Shown here piece by piece: positions 51,402 to 59,676 of a stretch of DNA of 64,000 nt. How positions within the stretch are numbered: position 1 is the stretch's first letter; the number at the start of each line of letters is the position of its first letter. The stretch is from Podarcis gaigeae (taxonomy: Eukaryota). A model generated the notes under the pieces. That model worked only from the letters and a program-made list of their open reading frames with translations. It ran no database searches and was not told the origin of the DNA. The translations under genes and the position numbers were made by a program. The DNA lies in NCBI GenBank assembly GCA_964106915.2, contig OZ066916.1; one strand, given 5' to 3'.

Positions 51402-54400
51402 TCCAACAAACAATCAAACCAGCTCCCCTGTTAACAATTCCATTTGGTCAAAGGCCCTTTCATTCATAGAAACACTAAATTTGTGCACAGACGGGCACCT
51501 TTTTCTCCGACCCCATGTCTTTCATTTGAATGTGTCTTTTAGTTGTAGCTGATGCCTTGCCTTTAAACTGAAATAGTTATACGTGAATGAACTTAAAATA
51601 CATGGCTGTTTAATGAACTTCTCTGTTTAGAAAGGAGATGTCAGATTCTTGATCTGCACTGATGTTGCCGCTAGAGGAATTGATATCTCTGGTGTTCCTT
51701 ATGGTAAGAACTGAAAAGACTCACTAGCAAGTAGCTATCTGTTGATGGCAAATCTGAACACCTTTTTAATCCTCTCTCTTTGATGTCATTTTTTAAAAAA
51801 AAAGGGCTCAAACTCATTTTCAGGTAAACATTCAAAAATCCCATAGAATTCAGTGGGAGAGTTGGGCACAGGCTGATTCTCTCATGTTAAAATCAGCAAA
51901 ACTTAAAAATGCTTAACTTGGAAGAAGGGCTGTATTTCAGTGGTAGACCACCTGTTTTTACTGAAAAAGGTACTAGATTTAATCACAGGATCTCTACGTA
52001 GAGCTGGAGAAAACTTTTCTGAAGTCCTGGGGAGCTGCTTCCAGTCAACATAGATGTAGAGGAATTCGCTGTCTGATGCTCTTAGCCCAGCCTGGGTTAC
52101 ATTACACATCTAAGGAAAAAGCCAAACAGGTGGGATAGGTGATAGAAAAACGTAAAAATGGGAAATGTATGGAGTTTTCCGTAATTTATCATTTCACATA
52201 GGGACGCGGGTGGCGCTGTGGGTTAAACCACAGAGCCTAAGACTTGCTGATCAGAAGGTCGGCAGTTCGAATCCCCGCAGCGGGGTGAGCTCCCGTTGCT
52301 CGGTCCCTGCTCCTGCCAACCTAGCAGTTCAAAAGCACGTCAAAGTGCAAGTAGATAAATAGGTACCGCTCCGGCAGGAAGGTAAACGGCGTTTCCGTGC
52401 GCTGCTCTGGTTCTCCAGAAGCGGCTTTGTCATGCTGGCCACATGACCCGGAAGCTGTACACCGGCTCCCTTGGCCAATAAAGCAAGATGAGCGCCGCAA
52501 CCCCAGAGTCAGCCACGACTAGACCTAATGGTCAGGGGTCCCTTTACCTTTACCTGTATCATTTCACCTGAATAAATTGTGCACAAAATGTTTTTTAACA
52601 ACTCAGCGTCTACTCTTTCTCTTTGATCAGTTATCAACGTCACACTTCCAGATGAAAAACAGAACTACGTTCATCGGATTGGCAGAGTAGGAAGAGCTGA
52701 ACGGTATGCTTTCAAACCTTTCTTATCCCATTTTGTTCCTTTTATACTTGAGTTTATTAACTAAAATATATGTGTGTTTCAGGATGGGTCTGGCTATTTC
52801 TCTTGTGGCAACAGAAAAAGAAAAGGTAAGTTCTACTTTCCTGAGAGGTACCGTATTTTTTGCCCTATAGGACGCACTTTTTCCCCTCCAAAAATGAAGG
52901 GGAAATGTATGTGCGTCCTATGGGGCAAATACAGGCTTCGCGGACCTGTCCCCAAGCAGCGGGAGCGCTCCTGCTGCTTGCGGAGAGTTGCCTGCATGCT
53001 GAAGCCTGCGCGCACTGAGCTCAGCGCATCCAGGCTTCGCGGACCTCTCCGCAAGCAGCGGGAGCCAGCACTGGGCTCCCACGGCTTGCAGAGAGCTGCC
53101 TGTTTGGGGGCTGGGGTCGGGGGAAGCTTGGGCGGGCCTCCCCCGCCCCAGCCCCACGCCTGGGGGGGGGATAATTTTTTCCTCTTTATTTCCCCCCAAA
53201 AAAACCTAGGTGCGCCTTATGGGACGGTGCGTCCTATAGGGCGAAAAATACGGTAAATAGGGAATATATAGAGGGCATATACAGCAGATAAGATCTTTGC
53301 GTCTTTTTACTGTCTTAATTTTGTGCACCTATATGCAGTGTATATATCTAACCTTTCAGGTCCAAAGTTGCCCCACAGTGGCTGATAAAAATCACAAAGA
53401 ACAGTCCGCATAGCCATTAAGAGTTTAGACTTTCCATAGTACTTAACTCAAAGTCAAGTCATAAATTTTGATACCGCTACAATTTTATTGGATGTTTTAA
53501 GGGGGTTCCTTAATAATGCTTAAACGCTCATGGGTTTTGCCTCCTAACATGTTGTTCAAACTTCTTACCTAGGTTTGGTATCACTCATGCCCCAGTCGAG
53601 GAAAAGGTTGCTATAATACTCGACTGAAGGATGAGGGTGGTTGCACCATTTGGTACAATGAGATGCAGGTAATTTTTTTTCACTAGTACTGTTAAAAGCC
53701 CTTTGCATTTTGAAAATCAGGCCAACTTGATGCTCAGACCCTTGAATGAGTTCATGGTAGATCTTTAAACTCCGGCCATCAGAATACTAGGGTCCCCAAG
53801 CTGTTTTAAGGTTTAAATGCTAGTACTAACACCCGTGTGGTGGCGCTGTGGGTTAAACCACAAAGCCTAGGACTTGCCAATCAGAAAATCAGTGGTTCAA
53901 ATCCCCGCAACGGGGTTAGCTCCTGTTGCTCGGTCCCAGCTCCTGCCAACCTAGCAGTTCAAAAGCACGTCAAAGTGTAAGTAGATAAATAGGTACCGCT
54001 CCAGGCAGGAAGGTAAACGGCGTTTCCGTGCGCTGCTCTGGTTCACCAGAAGCGGCTTAGTCATGCTGGCCACATGACCCGGAAGCTGTCTGTGGACAAA
54101 CGGCGGCTCCCTCGGCCTGAAAAGCGGGATGAGCGCCGCAACCCCAGAGTCGGTCACGACTGGACCTAATGGTCAGGGGTCCCTTTACCTTACCTTTACT
54201 AACACCCGTGGAGAACTTTTACTAGCCTTTAATATTGCATGCAGTGGCAGAAGGTTAAGACTATGTTTTTATTTGAGTGCGCCATCATTAACTCCTAAAA
54301 GGTGGGGGTGACCTTGCTTAAGTTTGAATTTCTTTATTATTATTATTATTTGGTTTTACAAATTCATTCACACTCAAAATCACAAATAATAATAAAACAA

Positions 54401-55807
54401 AAAAACACAAGATTCTTTTGAATCTCTGGATTTCCCTCCTCCCCTCCATGGCTTCTTTAGTTAACCTTTTCAACAGCATACTATGTCCTCCTAATTTTTC
54501 AATTTTCCATCATATTCAAAGTCTGCATAACGCTACAAGGGTTATTTAAGACCTGCTAAAGAATTCAAATGATTCCAATGGTCTGTAAGATATTGTGTGA
54601 ATTTCTCCCATTCTTTACTGAAGTTTTGATCCTCCTGGTTTCTGAATTTCCCAGTCGTTCTCACCATCTCTGCATAGTCTTAATAGTTTAGTCTTCCAGT
54701 CCACCTTAAGTTTTAATTCCCATTGGGTAGCATCCAATTGTGTCACACAGCAAGTTTTCTCCTTCCCACTGCAGTCTCTCCCCTGTGCCCCCACCCCTCA
54801 CCCCATTCTGCTGCAGAAGGAGTGGGCAGAATTTCCCTCGTGCAGCATTATTATTATTATTTATTGAATTTATATACTGCCTTATATCCGGAAGACATTG
54901 GATATCGCCCACTGATTTCAGCAGAGCTTACATTCTTAGCTTCTTGACCAGATCATGCTTGGCATGAGTAAAATGGTGTTCATCACCCAACCATCTTAAT
55001 CATATGGCCATTCTTAATCATATGTAATTCTTAATAGAATTAAATTCAGCAGCATTGGTTTTAGAGGCTAACATTGGCTCATTAGTGGACTTCACATGTG
55101 CATTTGCTGCCATGAAGAATCAAGAACCATCTTTGTGTTTGTATTCTCTTCCCTTAGCTGCTGGGCGAGGTAGAAGAGCATCTGAATTGTACCATTTCGC
55201 AGGTTGAGCCAGATATAAAAGTCCCAGTAGATGATTTTGATGGTAAAGTCACCTATGGGAAAAGGAGAGCTGCTGGAGGTAAGTGAAGAATTATTGAATA
55301 GAAATCTTGCTGCATTTTGGAATAGGGAACTGGGTTTTCTGGTCGGTTGGAATCTATTCTTGCTTTTTTATTTTTCCATTTTCTGTGGGTTATTATTCTG
55401 TGCACCCAGAATACTGCACACCCAGTGGAGCAGCAAGCTTGTTTTGAAACTTCAGATCTCCTAATGTGATTTGATAGCAGCATGTGGGTTTACTGTTTCA
55501 GAAACATTGCTGACCACCACACAACCCTAAATCAGTTCTCTAGATTACATCCATCAGGGGGCAAAGGGTCTTTTTTAACAAATAAGTACGGTGGGAATAA
55601 TCAATATTCTCAGCTCTTGTAGCTCAGCCGTAAGTAGGCAGGACAAGTGTAATTTAGACTTTGGTTCTTTTGGCAGGTGGATCCTATAAAGGCCATGTCG
55701 ATATTTTGGCACCTACAGTACAAGAGTTGGCATCCCTTGAAAAGGAAGCACAGACATCTTTCTTGCACCTTGGTTACCTTCCCAATCAACTGTTTAGAAC
55801 ATTTTGA
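34284..55807 (+). CDS. DDX1: DEAD-box RNA helicase DDX1, complete spliced CDS (26 coding exons, 2223 nt, 740 aa)
   Basis: Spliced translation [34 protein letters not shown]...AETGSGKT (motif I)...SPRY insertion...PSRELAEQ...TPGRL...LDEAD...CSAT...ARGID...HRIGRVGR...[11 protein letters not shown] matches recalled vertebrate DDX1. All introns are GT-AG, phases are consistent, and exon lengths sum to 741 codons. Confidence 0.98.
34630..35040 (-). mobile_element. L1-clade 3' fragment containing a (TA)n microsatellite (34659-34707)
   Basis: Minus strand encodes [18 protein letters not shown], like the L1 C-terminus at 57250-57310. Confidence 0.55.
35195..36330 (+). mobile_element. Mosaic of CR1 LINE 3' fragments
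   Basis: CR1 ORF2 remnants ([34 protein letters not shown]) and two TTCC/TACAACTCTATGATTCT ends (~35918, ~36328). Confidence 0.8.
36544..36595 (+). CDS. DDX1: DDX1 exon 2 ([17 protein letters not shown])
   Basis: ttgcag / gtaagt, 52 nt. Confidence 0.95.
36604..36625. repeat. (CA)n microsatellite just after the DDX1 exon 2 donor
   Basis: Direct reading. Confidence 0.9.
36844..38180. mobile_element. 1337-bp non-autonomous Tc1/mariner-pogo-type element filled with GC/CpG-rich inverted minisatellite units
   Basis: TIR CAGTGGTGCCTCGCAAGACGAA / TTCGTCTTGCGGGGCACCACTG, TA TSD; no transposase motifs seen. Confidence 0.9.
38341..38404 (+). CDS. DDX1: DDX1 exon 3 ([22 protein letters not shown] motif)
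   Basis: ttgtag / gtatgt, 64 nt. Confidence 0.96.
38854..38883 (+). CDS. DDX1: DDX1 exon 4 ([10 protein letters not shown], Walker A)
   Basis: cacag / gtaagt, 30 nt. Confidence 0.96.
39141..39237 (+). CDS. DDX1: DDX1 exon 5
   Basis: [32 protein letters not shown]; tttcag / gtaagc. Confidence 0.96.
39729..39776 (+). CDS. DDX1: DDX1 exon 6
   Basis: [16 protein letters not shown]; caacag / gtaagt. Confidence 0.96.
40540..40623 (+). CDS. DDX1: DDX1 exon 7 (SPRY)
   Basis: [27 protein letters not shown]; gttcag / gtacta. Confidence 0.96.
40928..41011 (+). CDS. DDX1: DDX1 exon 8 (SPRY)
   Basis: [27 protein letters not shown]; ttctag / gtgagt. Confidence 0.96.
41330..41477 (+). mobile_element. 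L2 3' terminal fragment with (TTA)n tail
   Basis: Nearly identical to 31000-31090. Confidence 0.85.
42126..42427. mobile_element. TA-TSD MITE family C
   Basis: CCGTACTTTTCGC ... GCGAAAAATACGG termini, TA TSD; sister copy at 52851-53253. Confidence 0.85.
42548..42624 (+). CDS. DDX1: DDX1 exon 9 (SPRY)
   Basis: [25 protein letters not shown]; tattag / gtatgt. Confidence 0.96.
43970..44042 (+). CDS. DDX1: DDX1 exon 10 (SPRY)
   Basis: [24 protein letters not shown]; tggtag / gtaagc. Confidence 0.96.
44129..44205 (+). CDS. DDX1: DDX1 exon 11
   Basis: [25 protein letters not shown]; ccccag / gtaatt. Confidence 0.96.
44605..44719 (+). CDS. DDX1: DDX1 exon 12
   Basis: [24 protein letters not shown]...; ttttag / gtacgc. 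Confidence 0.96.
44854..44992 (+). CDS. DDX1: DDX1 exon 13 (motif Ia PSRELAEQ)
   Basis: tttcag / gtacaa, 139 nt. Confidence 0.96.
45135..45195 (+). CDS. DDX1: DDX1 exon 14
   Basis: [20 protein letters not shown]; tttcag / gtaagt. Confidence 0.96.
45818..45916 (+). CDS. DDX1: DDX1 exon 15 (TPGRL...LVLDEA)
   Basis: ttacag / gtaagt, 99 nt; DEAD motif is split across intron 15. Confidence 0.96.
46289..46545. mobile_element. Penelope-like element remnant with inverted pseudo-LTR structure
   Basis: 46289-46380 is inverted relative to 46412-46505; 12-bp TSD CTGACTCTCAAA; contains minimal hammerhead motifs typical of PLE termini. Confidence 0.75.
46412..46451 (+). ncRNA. Minimal type-I hammerhead ribozyme motif (probably inactive, G12>A); inverted copy at 46341-46380
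   Basis: GGTAT-CTGAAGA-A-GTGTGC-AT-GCACAC-aAAA-GC-TC-ATACC: stem I, core, stem II, (G)AAA, UC cleavage site. Confidence 0.65.
46814..46903 (+). CDS. DDX1: DDX1 exon 16
   Basis: [30 protein letters not shown]; gtacag / gtaaga. Confidence 0.96.
47736..47924 (+). CDS. DDX1: DDX1 exon 17 (SAT motif)
   Basis: [19 protein letters not shown]...KNHIR; ttttag / gtaagt. Confidence 0.97.
48562..48613 (+). CDS. DDX1: DDX1 exon 18
   Basis: [17 protein letters not shown]; tttcag / gtaacc. Confidence 0.95.
48638..48770 (+). mobile_element. tRNA-Ile-derived SINE with CR1-like tail
   Basis: A box TAGCTCAGTTGG, B box GGTTCAATCC, no acceptor stem, tail GGTCCCTTCCAACTCT. Confidence 0.82.
49147..49293 (+). 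CDS. DDX1: DDX1 exon 19
   Basis: [13 protein letters not shown]...[23 protein letters not shown]; ctttag / gtagta. Confidence 0.96.
50075..50166 (+). CDS. DDX1: DDX1 exon 20
   Basis: [30 protein letters not shown]; tttaag / gtaatg. Confidence 0.95.
51345..51396. repeat. (GT)n(GA)n compound microsatellite
   Basis: Direct reading. Confidence 0.95.
51631..51703 (+). CDS. DDX1: DDX1 exon 21 (motif V ARGID)
   Basis: [24 protein letters not shown]; gtttag / gtaaga. Confidence 0.96.
52198..52556 (+). mobile_element. Sauria SINE, full length
   Basis: GGGACGCGGGTGGCGCTG head, CCTTTACCTTTACC tail, 11-bp TSD TATCATTTCAC. Confidence 0.93.
52631..52703 (+). CDS. DDX1: DDX1 exon 22 (motif [10 protein letters not shown])
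   Basis: gatcag / gtatgc, 73 nt. Confidence 0.96.
52783..52825 (+). CDS. DDX1: DDX1 exon 23
   Basis: [14 protein letters not shown]; tttcag / gtaagt; preceded by a 79-nt intron. Confidence 0.95.
52851..53253. mobile_element. TA-TSD MITE family C with GC-rich internal repeats
   Basis: TIR CCGTATTTTTTGCCCTATAGGACGCAC / GTGCGTCCTATAGGGCGAAAAATACGG. Confidence 0.9.
53573..53668 (+). CDS. DDX1: DDX1 exon 24
   Basis: [32 protein letters not shown]; acctag / gtaatt. Confidence 0.96.
53838..54196 (+). mobile_element. Sauria SINE, near full length
   Basis: 14-bp TSD TACTAACACCCGTG. Confidence 0.93.
54330..54730 (-). mobile_element. L1-clade 3' fragment
   Basis: Minus strand [22 protein letters not shown] resembles L1 ORF2 C-terminus. 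Confidence 0.6.
55158..55278 (+). CDS. DDX1: DDX1 exon 25
   Basis: [40 protein letters not shown]; ccttag / gtaagt. Confidence 0.96.
55677..55807 (+). CDS. DDX1: DDX1 last coding exon 26 (...[11 protein letters not shown])
   Basis: tggcag acceptor; TGA at 55805-55807. Confidence 0.96.
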
Positions 55808-55961
55808 TTTGGCGCCAAGGTGAGAGTTGGGTGTTAGGCTTCTAGCCTGGAAATGCGAAAATCCCTGTAGCAGTAGGACTCCGTTTGCATATACAAATCT
55901 TGCATGCCGAGCAGTCTCTGAAAAATGTAAACCCTGATGAATTAGCTATTAGTATTGATCT

Positions 55962-55967
55962 AATAAA
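55962..55967 (+). terminator. Candidate DDX1 polyadenylation signal AATAAA
   Basis: First AATAAA ~155 nt after the stop, followed by a GT/T-rich tract (~55993-56018). Confidence 0.55.
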
Positions 55968-56989
55968 AACGGAACTGCTTAGAACTATATATTTGTGTGT
56001 TAATTGTTGTTGTTTTTCCTACCCTACCAAGATATATGCTTAGAATACCTGACATAAATGCAAGATCACTATTGATATATGTCAGATTTTGGACTGCAAC
56101 TTCCAGCATTCTTGACCACTGGTCATGCTGAAGGCAGCTGCATTCCAACCATGTCTGAAGAGCATCAGGTCCTCCACCCTGATGTGTATATATAGTGATT
56201 CTGTAAATCTTGAGATTTAAAAATGTCGACTGTAGCCCTCATTTTGTTTCCATACATTTGCTGAAATCTTAAATCTTGCCATCTTGTAAATGGCATTTTT
56301 TTAATTTTTTTTTATTTTGCCCAGCAAAAGTGCTGTGAATTATCAGATGCACTGATGTGGAAGTGGTTCCTTTCCTTTAAAAATCTATCTCAAAGGATTT
56401 CATTGAAATGCCATTGCTAGCTTAAGCTGAGAGCAGGGATGCCAAAAAGGAGAGACTTAATGGAAGCACACACTGAAATTGAATTTTGAACAGTGCTCTT
56501 CAGATAAATAAGAGAAGTGAATGGAGAAAGTTGTGGCTACAATGAATCTATCATTTTAAGTGTTTCTCCAATGAGAACTTCAAGCAATATCTTACTTAGC
56601 TCACAGGAGCCTATGTCTAGACTACCTCTTTAAACCTTAGGTAGGGTTCTTAGAACTTTCTGCTTCACAGTATCTTCCACACAAATGTGAAGAAGTGTGA
56701 GCTTCAGCACTGACTTATATGTGAAGCACTTCAAGATAAAGACAGACTGCACCCATGTTTCATTTTGTTATTTCAAGTGAATATGCCATTTTTTCTGAGA
56801 GAAGACTCATTTCGCCCTCTGCTACACATGACTTAAGTTCTACACTTGTGCTAAATGTGTTTGTTTTTTTTAAACTGGCCCAAAAGCTGCACCAAGAATT
56901 GATCCCTCTTAAAGTTGTACTTGGCTGGGCCAAAAATGGGACTCCAAAATAATCTTCTTCTACAGATTGAAAACTAAGCCTGTAAGGAC

Positions 56990-57659
56990 TTGCCCTAAGG
57001 TGAAGGCCTTCTGGGAAATGATATATAACGAGTTGAAAAAGGTATTTAAGTATACCTTCACTAAGAAACCAGAGGCCTTCCTCCTGGGTATTGTCGGCCA
57101 GAGGGTGTTAAGGAAGGACCGAACATTTTTTATGTATGCAACAACAGCAGCAAGGATACTCATTGCCAAGAATTGGAAGACTCAAGATCTACCCACACTG
57201 GAAGAATGGCAGATGCAGCTGATAGACTATATGCAACTGGCAGAGATGACCGGCAGAATCCGAGACCTGGGAGAAGAAAGGATGGAAGAAGATTGGAAGA
57301 AATTTAAAACTTATTTACAAAAATATTGTAATTTGATTGAATGTTAAGAAGGATGCTTGATCATAAATAATTGGCCACCACTAAACTAGATTGGAATTAG
57401 ATGATAAGTGAGATTAAGGAAAAGACAAACCCTTTGGGAGAACTATTAGATCATATTTAAACGAGTGGATATGAGATTGTAAACAAGATGATAATTTGCT
57501 TGAAAAAACTTTTTAACAATGTAAGTGGGAGCAGGAGACGTGAGGAAGTCCAAACAAGTTATGAAATTTTGTGTATGATATAAGCAATGTTGTTTGCTAC
57601 TTATGCTTTTCTCTTATAAAAATCTTAATAAATATTTATATATATATATAAAAAAAAAA
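56990..57659 (+). mobile_element. L1-clade LINE 3' end (ORF2 C-terminus, 3'UTR, AATAAA, poly-A)
   Basis: CPKVKAFW...AARILIAKNWK...PTLEEW...DWKKF; AATAAA ~57627, A-run to 57659. Confidence 0.82.
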
Positions 57660-59421
57660 CCGTGTGGCCCTTACAGAAGTGGATCTTGAACTCTAGTCTT
57701 TCCCAGGCCAAAGTTAATGCTTCTGTTTAAACCATAGGTGGGAAAACTGGGGCCCAACAGCATTGCCAGTGGTCAGGAAAGATGGGAGTTGCAGTCCAAT
57801 GTCTTGGGGATTCCCCAGCCTGATCTAGACTTTAGGGGACCATCCGGAAACAAAACAATGATTCAAACTTTAAGACTTCATTCTGGTCGCCAAATCAGGG
57901 TTTTGTGTTGTTGTTATTTTTAATGACCTTTTAGTACCTACGTTAAGAGGTTTCAGCCTGAAAGAGTGGTATTCGACTAAGTTTTACTTAGAGAAGTTCC
58001 AGTGAAATTAATGAACGTGACTAAGTTCAATGGGTCCAGTCTTGGTAAAATTTAATTGAATGCCACACCAGAAGTCTATTTAAAGTAACTTCTCTGAATT
58101 CCCCCTTGAACTTTCCCCAAACCATTCCAGTGGTTTGGAAGGCCCTTCAGAACAGAATGGGAGGTGGTCTGGGGGCTGCAGGGGAGGGAGAATATGAACA
58201 ACTTGTCTTCCCCTCCCTTTCAGCCACCGGGATACTTCTGCTGAATCCTAAACTTTTGATGGACAGAAGGAGCCATTCTGTTCATGGATGATGAGTTTAA
58301 GGGTGGGGGGGGACAACAAGAATGGAAATGTCATTTAAAGAAGCATGGTCAATTGTAGAATAAGTGTACACTTCAGTTGAATTTCAGAAAGAAAGATGGA
58401 GGAGAGTCATATTAGCAAAAAGAAAATCCATGCAAAGCCCCCAAACTGCACTGCTTTAAAACAAAAAGTATAATTTCTTAGAATGCAGTTCATCTGTCAT
58501 TTTTTTGCTGGTTCCTACAGTAGAATTGGACTTTATAAATATATAAAGAGATCCAGGAATTCTGGTTTGTTGATTGGAGCCTGTTTTCCAGGGCTACCTA
58601 ATAAAAAAATTTCATTTCCTTCTCTCTTGCAATCTGTCAGCTGCCTCTTGATGGCACTAATGTTTCATTTTTTCCTCAGAGTAAGAACACAGCCTCAGAT
58701 AGTTTACTCATGCTTGGTAACAGTTCTACATTTCATGCTAACGCGTATAATAAAATCGGTAGCTCCGAGCTATTTTCTTAATTAAAGAGCTTGTATGTAT
58801 GGAGCGAAGATCTGCAATGTTAAGAATAAAATTCTGGCTTAATAACTGACTTGTTGAATCATGTTGTAGCTGCTAGCAATTTAATCTAGTAAACTGTTTT
58901 ATCTACCTCCCTCAAACACTGCTTAAGCTGCTAACTGAGAAAACCTGCACCTTAATTTGTTGCCTTTCTGATGTTTTCGTAGCTACATTTACATACTTGT
59001 ATTTGCCAGCTGCTGAGAATTAGGCCTGAGCATGTTCAGAGGGTCCACAAGCAATGGAATGTTGAGTCATTTGGGGGGAAAGCTAAATGCGAGGAAAAGA
59101 ATCGGCATTCTTCAGTACCTAACTTCCTCCGGTATTCTGATGGAAGACAGAAGTGTTGGCAGGAGCCTTGGACTGCAGCCCTCCTGCTGGGTGTTGCACT
59201 GCCACACAGTCGTATATCCTGCTGGTTTTTTTTTCCAACATGATCCTAAGTTTTTGGGCCAGTTATCTACCATAATTGTCAATTTTCCCATAGGGGTTGG
59301 TTTGCATCAGTCTGAGCTTATTCAAGAAATGGCAGCCTGTTTTGGACTATTGGAATGAGTACATTTGCAAGGGACCTCCCTTGAGCAGAGCGGGACAAAC
59401 CTCTGAGTAAAGTTAGGAGCA

Positions 59422-59676
59422 CAGTGGTACCTTGGTTCTCGAACTTAATCCGTTCCGGGAATCCGTTCAACTCCCGAAAACGTTCGAAAACTAAGGTGCG
59501 GCTTCCGATTGGCTGCAGGAGTTTTCTGCACTCAATCAGAAGCTGCAGAAGCCACGTCGGAAGTTCAGCTTCCGAAAAACGTTTGCAAACCAGAACACTC
59601 AATTCTGGGTTTGCGGCGTTCGGGAGCAGATTTGTTCGGGAGCAAAGCCGTTTTGAGTACCAAGGAGGTATCACTG
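59422..59676. mobile_element. MITE family B
   Basis: CAGTGGTACCTTGG ... GAGGTATCACTG-TA; shares internal CTTCCGATTGGCTGCAGGA with 12014, 14043 and 26942 copies. Confidence 0.85.

Noticed and set aside
34300-55676. U12-type or non-canonical introns and intronic snoRNAs in DDX1
   Set aside because: All junctions read as ordinary GT-AG, and I recognised no convincing C/D or H/ACA structure by eye
4070-57820. Many short dispersed palindromic repeats (GGACTACA.CTCCCATC...GATGGGAG.TG.AGTCC at ~4850, 16385, 21345, 56085, 57735; GAGTAAG.CCCA.TGAA...ACTTAC type at ~8280, 14730, 22395, 29650)
   Set aside because: Old, degenerate MITE-like families with unclear boundaries; not CRISPR-like and not individually annotatable
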